Below are positions 19,336 through 29,058 of a stretch of 62,368 nucleotides of DNA, piece by piece. Position 1 is the first letter of the stretch. Every line of letters starts with the position of its first letter. The DNA comes from a virus (taxonomy: Duplodnaviria; Caudoviricetes): the IMG/VR virus record IMGVR_UViG_3300042505_000324, positions 1-62,368 of that record. One strand, given 5' to 3'. The translations under genes were made by a program, and so were the position numbers. The notes beneath the pieces were generated by a model. The model made no database searches, had not been told where the DNA came from, and saw only the letters and a list, made by a program, of their open reading frames with translations.

Positions 19336-19343
19336 GAATCTAA

Positions 19344-22300
19344 ATGACACCGAACGCTAATACACAGATTTATAATAAAGCTGTAGATCGTGCCGCTATG
19401 ATAAGACTATATGAAAGACGACTAAATGGGAAGATAGATATAGTGCTTCAAGGACATCATGTAAAAGTGGCTGACCTAGTAGCTAACGCTAATCTATCTC
19501 CTAAAGGTTTTGAATTGCTTAGAGAAGCCGTAGATTCACAATTAGTTAGTACCTTTAAAGAAGTACGTAATATTCATAGTTCATCACTATTAGATTTAGT
19601 GAGTGACCAAATGTCTTATACATATCAGAATATAGAAAATACCGTAGGTAAGATATGGAGAACACAGAAACCGAATAGACGTATTTCTGAGGACATTGTT
19701 TTGAATCAACCTCTTCATAATAATCGCACATTATTTGAGGGGTGGTTAGGGGTCAGCTTAGGCGAACGAAAACGTTTGGAGAGTGTGATAAGAAAGGGTA
19801 TAGCCGATGGTAGTTCGGTGGACGAAATCGCTTTAGCCGTCAGGAAAGGAAATGTGTTCAATATTACTAGAGCTCAATCTAAAGCTTTAGTGATTACTTC
19901 CATTACTTCCGTAACTGCTCAAACAGATCACGCTGTTTATAAGGCAAATGAAAAATCATTACAAGGGTGGCAATATGTTGCGGTACTTGATTCAAGAACT
20001 TCAGAACTTTGTGCGCATAGGGACGGAACTGTTTATGATGTTGGTGATGTTATTCACCTTCCTCCTGCTCATTATAATTGTAGGTCTACCACGGTACCTG
20101 TCGTTAAGTCTTGGGAAGATTTGTCGAGACTTGAAGGTGTGGCTCAAATCCGTAAAAGGAATTTAAAAGATTTAAGTCAGAAACAAATACAATTCTATGA
20201 TGGACAATTACCATTAAAAGAGTCTTACAATGATTGGCTCAAGAATCAACCTTCTGAAGTACAATTACGACACTTAGGTGATTATAATAAATTAGAAGCT
20301 TTTAGAGCTGGACAATTACATTTATCACAATTTACTAATGATTCAGGAAATTCCATAGGTATAAAAGAACTTAGGATGTTAACTGATTCAGGTTATGCTG
20401 TACCTGGTGATACTAGAAGATTTGCTGTAGCTAAAGAGAGATTAGACACTATAAAATTAGGTGCTTCTAGTCCAGATGATTTTATTAGTGATAAAGAATT
20501 ACAAAAATCACTAAAAGAATATTATATCTTACAGGCAGGTGAATTAGACGGTCAATTATCATATACTAACTATCGTGGTGCATTGATGGGCACTAAACGT
20601 TCTATGAAGAATAAAGTATTAACAACACCTCCAACTGAGGATAATACAATATTTAATCCTATAACAGGACGTTATGAAGATTCCAGAATGTATCAACCTA
20701 GTTTAGAAACATTAGATAATAATCTTAAATTAGTAAATGAAAGTACAAGATTACTCCCTAGAGATAAAGAGTTTATAACTAAGTTTATAACCGATTTAGA
20801 AGGGAATATGAGTGTAAATGAAAGAGCTGTAGTTACAGATAATCTTAGAATTATATTTGGTCATAATAGAGCTAATCCAGAACCGTGGGTTAATTTTAAA
20901 GCTGTATCTAATGCTCAAATAAAATTCGATGTAATGAACGTATCTGATTATATGGAAACCCAAATAAGAAAAGATACTGATTTATTAAAGAAACTTAAGA
21001 TAGCTAATTACGTAGACCCAGTTCTTGGACCAGTGCAATTACAAGATCTTCATGATACATTTCTAGATAGTATTAAAACTAGAAATAAATGGGAAGATAA
21101 AGTTGCACCTAAGATAGCTAGAGAACTACGTAACATTCTGGATTATAAACTGCCTGTTAAATTAAAGAGTAGAATAGATGATAAAGATATTGAAAATTTT
21201 TATCTTAGATTTGCACAAAGATTAGCATTAGCAGATTCTCCAGATAGAGACCAATTAGCAATATCACTAGGTCGTGACCTATATAATATGGCTAATTTTA
21301 AAGGTTCTCGAAATGAATGGTATAAAGTAGGGATTAAGATATTAGATGATGCAGATTCTAAAGGCTTCTATAAATTAGAAACTTTTGGAGTACAAAAGAG
21401 ACGTATGAAAAGTCGTATGAGTAATAATTACTTTGGACCGTATTATGATACATTCTCTGTTAATCTTCGTATTGTAGATCCACGTATTCAAGAATATTCT
21501 CAACTAACTAGAAAGATAGACTTAGGTCTTAGAGTTAGTGTAGTTGATGATAAGAATCGTTTAATCATTCGAGAAGGTTACAAAACATATTTTATCGATG
21601 ATGGCATATTAGGTTATACTGATACTAGAATCCCTATTACAAGTACTAGTAGTTTTAGTAATTTTCCAGTAGAACTAGTAGATAAGGATTTAGCAGATGC
21701 ATTAAATTGGTCTGCTAAAGCCAGATATAAAGTCGATAAAGATTTTTACGAATTTATAAATAAATTAATAAACTTTGAAGATGATAAAGGTAAAGCTAAA
21801 TACTATCACGATTTAAACTCTTATAGAGAATATATGATCGGTAGAGGTGATGCTTATGAACGTTTAAAAGCTATGGAATGGTTAAATACCAATAACTATA
21901 GTTTCAGTAATACACCATTTCTAGACCATAGAGCTCGTATCTATGATAGGGGGCTTATTGGTCCACAATCTGGTGAAACGTTTAGACCTTTCTTAAGCAC
22001 GGAAGTTGAAAAAGCATTTAGTGTTGATGATTACTACAACTTACAAGACCAAATAGGTTCATTCTTAGGTGGTTTAAGTGATACATTAGAAGGTTCATAT
22101 AACTCGTTATCTATAACTGGTAGACAGAAAATAGCTGATAAGTGGAAACCTGAACTAATAAAAATCGGTAATCATATGTTAAGAGGCAAACCTAATGATA
22201 TTAGAACTATTTTAGAATCTTCATTTATAGCGGAAATAGACGGTGAAGAACAAGGTAAAGTATTAAGATTTGCTTTGGAAATGGCTAAAATAGATAATCA

Positions 22301-23828
22301 CCTAAAAGGTAATTATGATTTAAATAATCTTAAGACATTAACAACTTACAAAACAGCCTTAGCTTTAGAACAAGATGCGTCTTCAAGTGGTGCGCAGATT
22401 ATCGCATTAACAACTAAAAATAAACAGTTAGCTGAACTTTCAAATGTTGTACCTACCGATTACAAGAAACGCTTATACGATGAGATTGCTGGACTTACTT
22501 TTAACGACCCTAGATTTAGAGAATTAAATATTAAACTAGGATTAACGGAAAAAGATTTAAGGAAAGCTGCTAAAGCTCAGAATATGGTAAGTTTCTATGG
22601 TGCAGGCGAACGTACAGGTATTTTGAATGTTGAAGGTAAGTTAGCTAAAGCTTTAAACAAAGAAGATGGTGTATTAGTAGTGAAAGCTGCTGACAGAGAT
22701 ACTGTATTAAGTGAAATATCCGCTAGAATGGCTAGATATGAAACTTTTGATACTGAAGTCTATGATGAATTAAAAGCTCTAAGACAAGATGTTAAAGATA
22801 TCTTCAATAAAGGCTTACAACCTGGTGATGATATAATGGAACAGTTATATTTCTTAGACCCTAAAACAAAAGACTTAGTAGAGAAATTATCTCAATCATA
22901 CGAGAAAGTCGTAACACCAGAAGATTTTGCTACTATCGCAAAGATAATGAGTGAAAACTTAAAGAATCAAGTTCCTATATTACAAGAATTTACTAAGTTT
23001 CATGGAAGACTTGCAGAAGATTTTCTAATAAATGCTAGACCAAAAGATAGCGTAACAGGTCTTTCAGATTGGCTAGCTAAACAAGTATTAGGTGTTCGTA
23101 ATACTAGACCACCTACTATATTAGAAAGAATTCCTAATTATCACCCAAAGAATAGTATTGCTAATTTAGTATATGGAATAAAAGAAGATAAACTACCTAA
23201 AAAATGGACATCAGTACCGTGGATTAATTTTGATGGTAAAACTATTGAACAAAACTTCACACAAACATTTGAAGAAAGACTTCGATATCAAGATAAAGAC
23301 GGTAAATGGATAACTAATATTATTCAGGTAGACCAAAAGACAGACCCTACATGGTGGGAAGCAGTAACTAATAAAGCAGACACGATTAATGATATTGCAG
23401 ATGCTGGTAAGGCTAGAACAGCCTTCGCAGTTAACGGCAATCATAGTAACGATGCTACACTAGTCAAACAATTTCACTTATGGGGTTCAAAGAATAATGT
23501 TGCTACTAGTACAGTACATGATGCGTTCTTTACTAATACAACAGATATGTTGAAATCAAGAGAGGCTCTTAGACAAATTTACGCTAATGCATTAAAGAAT
23601 AATAGTACTAAAGATACATTAGATGAAATGAGAAAGCGTGGATTACCTAGAGAACTATATGATAAATATTTAAATGAAGCTATTGACATTGGACTAATAC
23701 CTGTGGTGGGACGTTCCAGAGTTGGTGGAAGACTTTTAACAGAAACGGATATCTTACGTGAGTCAGATATTCTTAAAATACTTCCTAAAGGTTATAAGAA
23801 TGATTATAGCTTTTATGGAGTCGGGTAG
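19344..23828 (+). CDS. MuF/SPP1-gp7 minor head protein fused to a T7-type single-subunit RNA polymerase (putative virion RNAP)
   Basis: N-terminal WQYVAVLDSRTSELC...PPAHYNCRS (MuF); C-terminal DHRARIY, motif A QDASSSGAQ, motif B RKAAKAQNMVSFYG, NHSNDA, motif C VHDAF. Confidence 0.9.
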   Translation: MTPNANTQIYNKAVDRAAMIRLYERRLNGKIDIVLQGHHVKVADLVANANLSPKGFELLREAVDSQLVSTFKEVRNIHSSSLLDLVSDQMSYTYQNIENTVGKIWRTQKPNRRISEDIVLNQPLHNNRTLFEGWLGVSLGERKRLESVIRKGIADGSSVDEIALAVRKGNVFNITRAQSKALVITSITSVTAQTDHAVYKANEKSLQGWQYVAVLDSRTSELCAHRDGTVYDVGDVIHLPPAHYNCRSTTVPVVKSWEDLSRLEGVAQIRKRNLKDLSQKQIQFYDGQLPLKESYNDWLKNQPSEVQLRHLGDYNKLEAFRAGQLHLSQFTNDSGNSIGIKELRMLTDSGYAVPGDTRRFAVAKERLDTIKLGASSPDDFISDKELQKSLKEYYILQAGELDGQLSYTNYRGALMGTKRSMKNKVLTTPPTEDNTIFNPITGRYEDSRMYQPSLETLDNNLKLVNESTRLLPRDKEFITKFITDLEGNMSVNERAVVTDNLRIIFGHNRANPEPWVNFKAVSNAQIKFDVMNVSDYMETQIRKDTDLLKKLKIANYVDPVLGPVQLQDLHDTFLDSIKTRNKWEDKVAPKIARELRNILDYKLPVKLKSRIDDKDIENFYLRFAQRLALADSPDRDQLAISLGRDLYNMANFKGSRNEWYKVGIKILDDADSKGFYKLETFGVQKRRMKSRMSNNYFGPYYDTFSVNLRIVDPRIQEYSQLTRKIDLGLRVSVVDDKNRLIIREGYKTYFIDDGILGYTDTRIPITSTSSFSNFPVELVDKDLADALNWSAKARYKVDKDFYEFINKLINFEDDKGKAKYYHDLNSYREYMIGRGDAYERLKAMEWLNTNNYSFSNTPFLDHRARIYDRGLIGPQSGETFRPFLSTEVEKAFSVDDYYNLQDQIGSFLGGLSDTLEGSYNSLSITGRQKIADKWKPELIKIGNHMLRGKPNDIRTILESSFIAEIDGEEQGKVLRFALEMAKIDNHLKGNYDLNNLKTLTTYKTALALEQDASSSGAQIIALTTKNKQLAELSNVVPTDYKKRLYDEIAGLTFNDPRFRELNIKLGLTEKDLRKAAKAQNMVSFYGAGERTGILNVEGKLAKALNKEDGVLVVKAADRDTVLSEISARMARYETFDTEVYDELKALRQDVKDIFNKGLQPGDDIMEQLYFLDPKTKDLVEKLSQSYEKVVTPEDFATIAKIMSENLKNQVPILQEFTKFHGRLAEDFLINARPKDSVTGLSDWLAKQVLGVRNTRPPTILERIPNYHPKNSIANLVYGIKEDKLPKKWTSVPWINFDGKTIEQNFTQTFEERLRYQDKDGKWITNIIQVDQKTDPTWWEAVTNKADTINDIADAGKARTAFAVNGNHSNDATLVKQFHLWGSKNNVATSTVHDAFFTNTTDMLKSREALRQIYANALKNNSTKDTLDEMRKRGLPRELYDKYLNEAIDIGLIPVVGRSRVGGRLLTETDILRESDILKILPKGYKNDYSFYGVG

Positions 23829-23833
23829 ACGCT

Positions 23834-23932
23834 GTATAGGGTGCATCCGAAATCTAGAGCCTATACCTCAATAGATTTCGAAAATACAAAGAGTTGTACT
23901 CTTAATTAATTAATAAGGCTGTGCCTTAAGGA
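23834..23932 (+). promoter_or_regulatory. structured leader of the scaffold gene (pseudoknot-compatible stems plus two UGU-triloop hairpins)
   Basis: 23834-40/23860-66 and 23848-56/23872-80 are complementary; AAGAGT-TGT-ACTCTT and TAAGGC-TGT-GCCTTA, the latter overlapping the SD. Confidence 0.5.
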
Positions 23933-23940
23933 AAAATAAA

Positions 23941-24609
23941 ATGTCATCAGATAACAATACACCAGATAACAACCCAGATCAAAATGTTCCAGATAACAAA
24001 CCTAACGAAGGTCAAGATTCAGAACTAATCGCTAAGTTAGTTAAGGAACGTCTAGAGTCAGAATTAAAACCAATCAAAGAAAAACTTGATAGTGCATTTT
24101 CTGCACGTGATGAAGCTCTTCGAAAGATTGCTGAATTTGAACAAAAAGAAAAAGACGAAAATCTCAAAAGACTGCAAGAAGAAGGTAAACATAAGGAAGC
24201 TTATGATTTACAACTAGCAGAAGAAAGAGCTAAGAAAGAAGTACTCGAAAAGAAAGTAACAGAGCTTACACGTGATGTTACTGTACGTGACGTACTAAAG
24301 AGTTACTCTTTCAGGAATGACAATGCTGCTGATATGGCGTATCGCGAGATAGTAAGCCAATTAGTTCAGAATGAACAAGGTGTTTGGGTTCATCGTTCAG
24401 GCGTTTCGATTAGAGAATTTACTGAAAGCTTCGCCAAAAGTGAAGAGCAATCTTTCTTGTTTAAAGTTAAGGGTAATAATGGTAGTGGTGGTGGCAATCC
24501 AAATCAAAACAATGATTCCTCGAATGACCAACCAAAATCTTTATTTGCCATGTCGCAAGCAGAGGTTCTGAAAATGGCTACAGAGGGTAAACTCCCAAAT
24601 AGAAAATAA
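23941..24609 (+). CDS. head scaffolding protein
   Basis: Charged coiled coil, N-rich ends, GSGGG linker; directly before the capsid gene. Confidence 0.8.
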   Translation: MSSDNNTPDNNPDQNVPDNKPNEGQDSELIAKLVKERLESELKPIKEKLDSAFSARDEALRKIAEFEQKEKDENLKRLQEEGKHKEAYDLQLAEERAKKEVLEKKVTELTRDVTVRDVLKSYSFRNDNAADMAYREIVSQLVQNEQGVWVHRSGVSIREFTESFAKSEEQSFLFKVKGNNGSGGGNPNQNNDSSNDQPKSLFAMSQAEVLKMATEGKLPNRK

Positions 24610-24619
24610 GGAATAAATA

Positions 24620-25807
24620 ATGACAGCTATTACAAATTTAAGTGGTGCAAGTAACTTTGTACTACAATCAGCTATTGGTGCATACAGCGATGAAGCATAC
24701 ACTAATGCTAAGAAATTATCAGGTACAGGTATTGTTGGTTCTAATCCAGATATCGATGTAAACACTGAAACATTTATCGGTCAAGTACGTTGGTACAAAC
24801 CTTTAAATGCACAAATCAATGTTGCATCATTGGTTACAGCTGATAATGGTACAGGTACTACTTACAGTTCAGATTTCTTAACTTACATTAAAACTGTTCG
24901 TACACATGGTGCTACTAAAGTAAACATGCAACAAGTAGTAACACAAGTAGATGGTTTAGCTAAAATTGGTCGTGATTTTGCTGAAACACGTTCACAAGAT
25001 GAACACAATGCTATCTTATCTGTATTAAAAGGTGTTGCTTTATCTGAAGCTTTAAACGGTGCAGCTGCTGGTTCAGGTGCTACTGGTCTTGGTGGTCAAA
25101 CATTTGATAATGACCCTACAGATGCTAAATATGGTTTCTATGTTGATCTTGGTACAGCTTCACCAGTTATTGCTGCTACTGCAGCTATTCAAGGTGCTTC
25201 ACGTGCTGAAGGTTTCTTGAATGCTGTTGGTAAAGCATGGAAAGATTACGAACCAGAGTATGCTTATCTTGTTTGCTCACCAGAAGTTATTGCATCATTA
25301 CGTTCAGCTAATTTAGTTGATGAAATGGGCGTTCAAGAAGCTAACATTATGTTTAGCACAATCTTTAATGGCAAATTCCGTTTAATCCAAACTCGTGCTG
25401 CTCAAGGTTTCTCTAGCACTGAATTGACTAAGATCAATACAGGTGCTGGTGTAGATATCGCTGGTGTTAAAACATCATATATCGTATTGCCTGGTTCAGT
25501 AGCTATGGAACAATTAAATGTTCCTGATTCTGTTGAAATCTATCGTGATGGTCGTACTTATAACGGTGGTGGTTCTACAGATATTTGGCATCGTTGGGGC
25601 TACGTGGCTCATCCAGCTGGTTACAACTGGGCTGGTTCTACTGCTGCATTCCCATCTGATGCAGCATATGCTTACGCAGTTGAAGGTTCAACACCAAAAG
25701 CATTAACATCAGTGTCTTCAGGTACATTAGCTTCAACTACAGGTACATGGGGTCGTAAAGCTTCATCTGCATTGGGCTTAGGTATTTTGCCAATTTTCCA
25801 CGCTTAA
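24620..25807 (+). CDS. major capsid protein
   Basis: 395 aa; strongly biased high-expression codons; VEIYRD...GGG...HPAGYNW; position after scaffold. Confidence 0.85.
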   Translation: MTAITNLSGASNFVLQSAIGAYSDEAYTNAKKLSGTGIVGSNPDIDVNTETFIGQVRWYKPLNAQINVASLVTADNGTGTTYSSDFLTYIKTVRTHGATKVNMQQVVTQVDGLAKIGRDFAETRSQDEHNAILSVLKGVALSEALNGAAAGSGATGLGGQTFDNDPTDAKYGFYVDLGTASPVIAATAAIQGASRAEGFLNAVGKAWKDYEPEYAYLVCSPEVIASLRSANLVDEMGVQEANIMFSTIFNGKFRLIQTRAAQGFSSTELTKINTGAGVDIAGVKTSYIVLPGSVAMEQLNVPDSVEIYRDGRTYNGGGSTDIWHRWGYVAHPAGYNWAGSTAAFPSDAAYAYAVEGSTPKALTSVSSGTLASTTGTWGRKASSALGLGILPIFHA

Positions 25808-25823
25808 TTAAAGGGGCTAACTT

Positions 25824-26300
25824 ATGGCATTGACCAAAGGTACAAATGCTTATGTAACTGTAGCTGAGGCAGCTGCTTATATGGCAGACAAATTAGATAC
25901 AGCAGCATGGGTAGACGCTACACCAGAGGCACAAGCCCAAGCCATCGTGACAGCAACTAGAATTTTAGATGATCTGTCATGGACAGGACTTACCATAAGT
26001 GAAGCGCAACCACTAGCCTTCCCTAGACAAGGTGAATACTTTGACCCAAGACTTGGAAAATCAATAAGTCTACCGACTACAGTTCCTAATAGAATTACAC
26101 AAGCTTGTATCGAGCTAGCTTATCATCTTTTAAATAATGATGGTTTGTTAGACGATACTGGTTTGGTGAAAAATATTGGATTAGATGTTATTAATTTAAC
26201 TAATGTACGTAATGCTAATGTTTTACCAGCTAGCGTTAAACGGATGATAAAACCTTTACAAGTAAATCAAGGTGGTTCATTATGGTGGAGGGCTAATTAA
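25824..26300 (+). CDS. head-tail adaptor (DnaT-like family)
   Basis: NAYVTVAEA...ATRILD...QPLAFPR...ACIELA. Confidence 0.8.
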   Translation: MALTKGTNAYVTVAEAAAYMADKLDTAAWVDATPEAQAQAIVTATRILDDLSWTGLTISEAQPLAFPRQGEYFDPRLGKSISLPTTVPNRITQACIELAYHLLNNDGLLDDTGLVKNIGLDVINLTNVRNANVLPASVKRMIKPLQVNQGGSLWWRAN

Positions 26301-26301
26301 A

Positions 26302-26658
26302 ATGAGCCTTTCAGCTAAATTAAAAAGAGAAGTAAGAAATGCTATAAATAAATTAGGTGACTTAGCTATAACCGTAGTATTAAATAAAAAGAATGTTACG
26401 GATTATAACTTTACAACTAATGCAGTTACCGCTACTACATTGATTACCACAACAACTAAGGGTGTTCTTCTAGATGCACATCGTGCAAAAGGGACAGAAA
26501 ATCCTAGTGTAGGTAAAAGATTATTATTAAGCGTAGAAGATATTGAAGATCCAGATATCTATGATACTGTCACAATAGGAAGTGTAATTTGGAATATTGT
26601 GCCACCATATCAAAGTAATGGTTATACAATCACTTTAAACATTGTTAAGGAAGCATAA
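26302..26658 (+). CDS. head closure protein (putative)
   Basis: Size and position after the adaptor; start refined to 26302. Confidence 0.6.
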   Translation: MSLSAKLKREVRNAINKLGDLAITVVLNKKNVTDYNFTTNAVTATTLITTTTKGVLLDAHRAKGTENPSVGKRLLLSVEDIEDPDIYDTVTIGSVIWNIVPPYQSNGYTITLNIVKEA

Positions 26659-27059
26659 TGGGAAAACATACTAATATTAGTAATGATATATTCTCTATAT
26701 TTGCTTCATCAGCTTGGCAATTAGAGCTTGTTAAAACCTTTCCAGAAAACTTCACTCAAACTACTGGTTCTAAGGAATTTATTAGAGTCAGTATTATCTC
26801 TACAACTAATATAAATCAAACAGCTGTATCTGGTGTAATGCTTATAGATATTTTTATTGAAGCAGGGCTTGGTCCTAATAGAGCGAATATTATCGCAGAT
26901 AAATTAGATAAATATTTAGCTGGCAAGACAGTAACTACTATTACTAATTGTAATACACAGTTATTTTCCAGCACATTGGCTACGATAGGTGTCGATCCAG
27001 TGAACGCAAGTTTACAACGATACCGATATACAATACCTTTTAATTACTTTGGAGTTTAA
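26658..27059 (+). CDS. tail terminator protein (putative)
   Basis: FIRVSI...G.MLIDIF..AGLG....IADKL pattern; before the major tail gene. Confidence 0.7.
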   Translation: MGKHTNISNDIFSIFASSAWQLELVKTFPENFTQTTGSKEFIRVSIISTTNINQTAVSGVMLIDIFIEAGLGPNRANIIADKLDKYLAGKTVTTITNCNTQLFSSTLATIGVDPVNASLQRYRYTIPFNYFGV

Positions 27060-27065
27060 ACAAAT

Positions 27066-27656
27066 ATGGCACATATTACATCTATTGGCGCTGGTCTATT
27101 TTCAGACTTAGCCATTGCAGTTCCTTCATCAGCACCAACTTATTCAAGTCTAGATACAGCTGCAGAATTTGCTGCTTTATTTGCAACAGAAATTGAATCT
27201 ATTGGTGGTACTAAAGCTGCTAATACTTTCGTTCGTGTTAAGAACGTTCGTGAATTTCCAGCTATGGGTACACCAGCTAACGTTGTTAACGTTGCTGTTT
27301 ACGGTCAAAAGTCTTCACAACAAGTTCAAGGTCAATCTGATGCTCCATCTATGGAAATCACATTGAACTATGTTCCTGCTGATTGGGCTAAAGATTCTAC
27401 AAATATCTTAGGTTCTATGGTAGGCGACGGTAATCAATATGTTTTCCGTTTCTCACTATTGAATAGTGAGCCAACAGGTACTGGTGCTACAAAACATGCA
27501 ACCACTTCCGCAGGTGTTGGTACAGTAGCTAATAGTCTTTACTATTGGATTGGTAAAGTTGAAGCTCTTATGGTTAACCCACAATTGACTGATGCTAATA
27601 CTGCTACAATCACTATCACTGTACAATCATCATTCTATGGTGCTTATACAATCTAA
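27066..27656 (+). CDS. major tail tube protein
   Basis: VREFPAMGTPANVVNV...GQSDAPSMEITLNY; no sheath gene present. Confidence 0.85.
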   Translation: MAHITSIGAGLFSDLAIAVPSSAPTYSSLDTAAEFAALFATEIESIGGTKAANTFVRVKNVREFPAMGTPANVVNVAVYGQKSSQQVQGQSDAPSMEITLNYVPADWAKDSTNILGSMVGDGNQYVFRFSLLNSEPTGTGATKHATTSAGVGTVANSLYYWIGKVEALMVNPQLTDANTATITITVQSSFYGAYTI

Positions 27657-27740
27657 GTAACTTAACAAGGGGTACTGAGCTTGAAAGGCTCAATATTAAA
27701 CGACCATTATTTGACGTCCCTTCTTATTAAGAATAAAAAT

Positions 27741-27977
27741 ATGACAATAAAATTAGACAAACCATTCAGTCAATCTTATGTTCTTAGAACGACAGCTAAA
27801 CATATGCGTAAAAGCATTGATATTAGTATTCGTAAAACTTTTGAACGTATCAAAGATTTCGATGGTAATCAGGAAAAGTCGAAGGAAGTTTTCGAGACAT
27901 TAGCTAAGTTGCATTCACTTAGAAGTAAGATCGAAGATTTTCAATTACAACATCAAGAAAGTTTTAAAGGTAACTAA
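27741..27977 (+). CDS. hypothetical helical protein in the tail operon
   Basis: ORF track 27681..27977; ATG at 27741. Confidence 0.6.
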   Translation: MTIKLDKPFSQSYVLRTTAKHMRKSIDISIRKTFERIKDFDGNQEKSKEVFETLAKLHSLRSKIEDFQLQHQESFKGN

Positions 27978-28061
27978 TATGAGTATTATGTTAATCTGCT
28001 TTCTAATCAATTATCTTGGAGCGAAATAATGGCAACTCCAGCAATGAGTAAAGGAAATAAA

Positions 28062-28361
28062 ATGAGTATCAAAACACTAGTTGGTAAGAAAATTACTAAA
28101 ACAGTAAAATTCATGAATGAAGATGTTCAAATTAAAAAGTTAAATGTGGATGAGGTAATGGATATTCAAGCTAAGGCTAAGAATATTTCAGAAGACGATT
28201 CACAAGGTTTTGAAGTATTACGTCATGTAATTAAGGTAGCTGTAGAAGGTGCTGATGATCTTTCAGACCAAGATTTCAATGCATTCCCTATGGATGAGTT
28301 ATCTAAATTATCTAATGAGATTATGAAGTTCTCTGGATTAGGAAGTGAAGCGGGAAAGTAA
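28062..28361 (+). CDS. tail assembly chaperone (gpG-like)
   Basis: Position; ends in G GGA AAG TAA slippery site; start at the ATG after AAGGA. Confidence 0.85.
   Translation: MSIKTLVGKKITKTVKFMNEDVQIKKLNVDEVMDIQAKAKNISEDDSQGFEVLRHVIKVAVEGADDLSDQDFNAFPMDELSKLSNEIMKFSGLGSEAGK
28352..28358 (+). promoter_or_regulatory. -1 programmed ribosomal frameshift site GGGAAAG
   Basis: Same heptamer as lambda G-T; the -1 frame is open into 28394..28705. Confidence 0.9.
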
Positions 28362-28705
28362 CACTAACTGCTGAAGAAATAGAAGTATTCGAATTGGCAT
28401 TTCTACTTAGAACACCTGTATATCTACTTAAAGAAATGCCATACGATGAATATTTAAAATGGTCTATATATTTTTCTAAACGTCCTATTGGATGGAGAGA
28501 AGATGATAGAACTATGAAATTGCTTCAAGCACAGGGTGTTAAAGCTAAAGCGACAGATATCTTCCCATCATTAGATATATTGATTAATAGTGGTAGAGAG
28601 AAGTCGGTAGATGGCATGCTTAATATGCGTTCATTTAAGAAATCTACATTATTTAGTAAGTTATTAACTGCTAAAGGAGGGGACACCCTTGCCATTGAAG
28701 ATTAA
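28352..28705 (+). CDS. frameshifted extension of the tail chaperone (gpGT-like)
   Basis: -1 frame reads GKVTLTAEEIEVFELAFLL...MPYDEYLKWSIYF..RPIGWRED. Confidence 0.8.
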   Translation, partial: GKVTLTAEEIEVFELAFLLRTPVYLLKEMPYDEYLKWSIYFSKRPIGWREDDRTMKLLQAQGVKAKATDIFPSLDILINSGREKSVDGMLNMRSFKKSTLFSKLLTAKGGDTLAIED

Positions 28706-29030
28706 AACATTAAATGTTGATAGTGTAATAATAAGTATAAAAGAAAAACTAACGAAAGAAATTACCCGTAATAGTAAGATTATTACTGGTGATATTATCA
28801 ACGAATTAAAAGCTAATACACCTGTAGATACAGGTACGGCTAGAGATGGTTGGCATTTGAAGAATGATACAAGGAATTTGCATATTACGAATGATGTTCC
28901 TTATGTAAACATTCTAAATGGAGGGCATTCAGAACAAGCTCCAGTTAACTTTATAGAGAAGACGGTATTGTCTAATCGAAAAGTAAAGCCAAATGGAACT
29001 ATAGTTCAAATAACATACCCTAACAATTAA
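28689..29030 (+). CDS. HK97 gp10-like tail completion protein
   Basis: TPVDTGTARDGW...NDVPYV..LNGGHS.QAP motif. Confidence 0.8.
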   Translation: MPLKIKTLNVDSVIISIKEKLTKEITRNSKIITGDIINELKANTPVDTGTARDGWHLKNDTRNLHITNDVPYVNILNGGHSEQAPVNFIEKTVLSNRKVKPNGTIVQITYPNN

Positions 29031-29044
29031 TTTTGTTAGGGTTT
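29017..29044 (+). terminator. hairpin (weak terminator/attenuator) before the tape measure gene
   Basis: ACCCTAACAA / TTGTTAGGGT 10-bp stem with a short T tail. Confidence 0.5.
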
Positions 29045-29058
29045 AAATTGGAGATATT

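Noticed and set aside
23826-23941. Stop-codon readthrough fusing the virion RNAP to scaffold via the pseudoknot
   Set aside because: The readthrough frame hits TAA near 23907, and scaffold is in another frame
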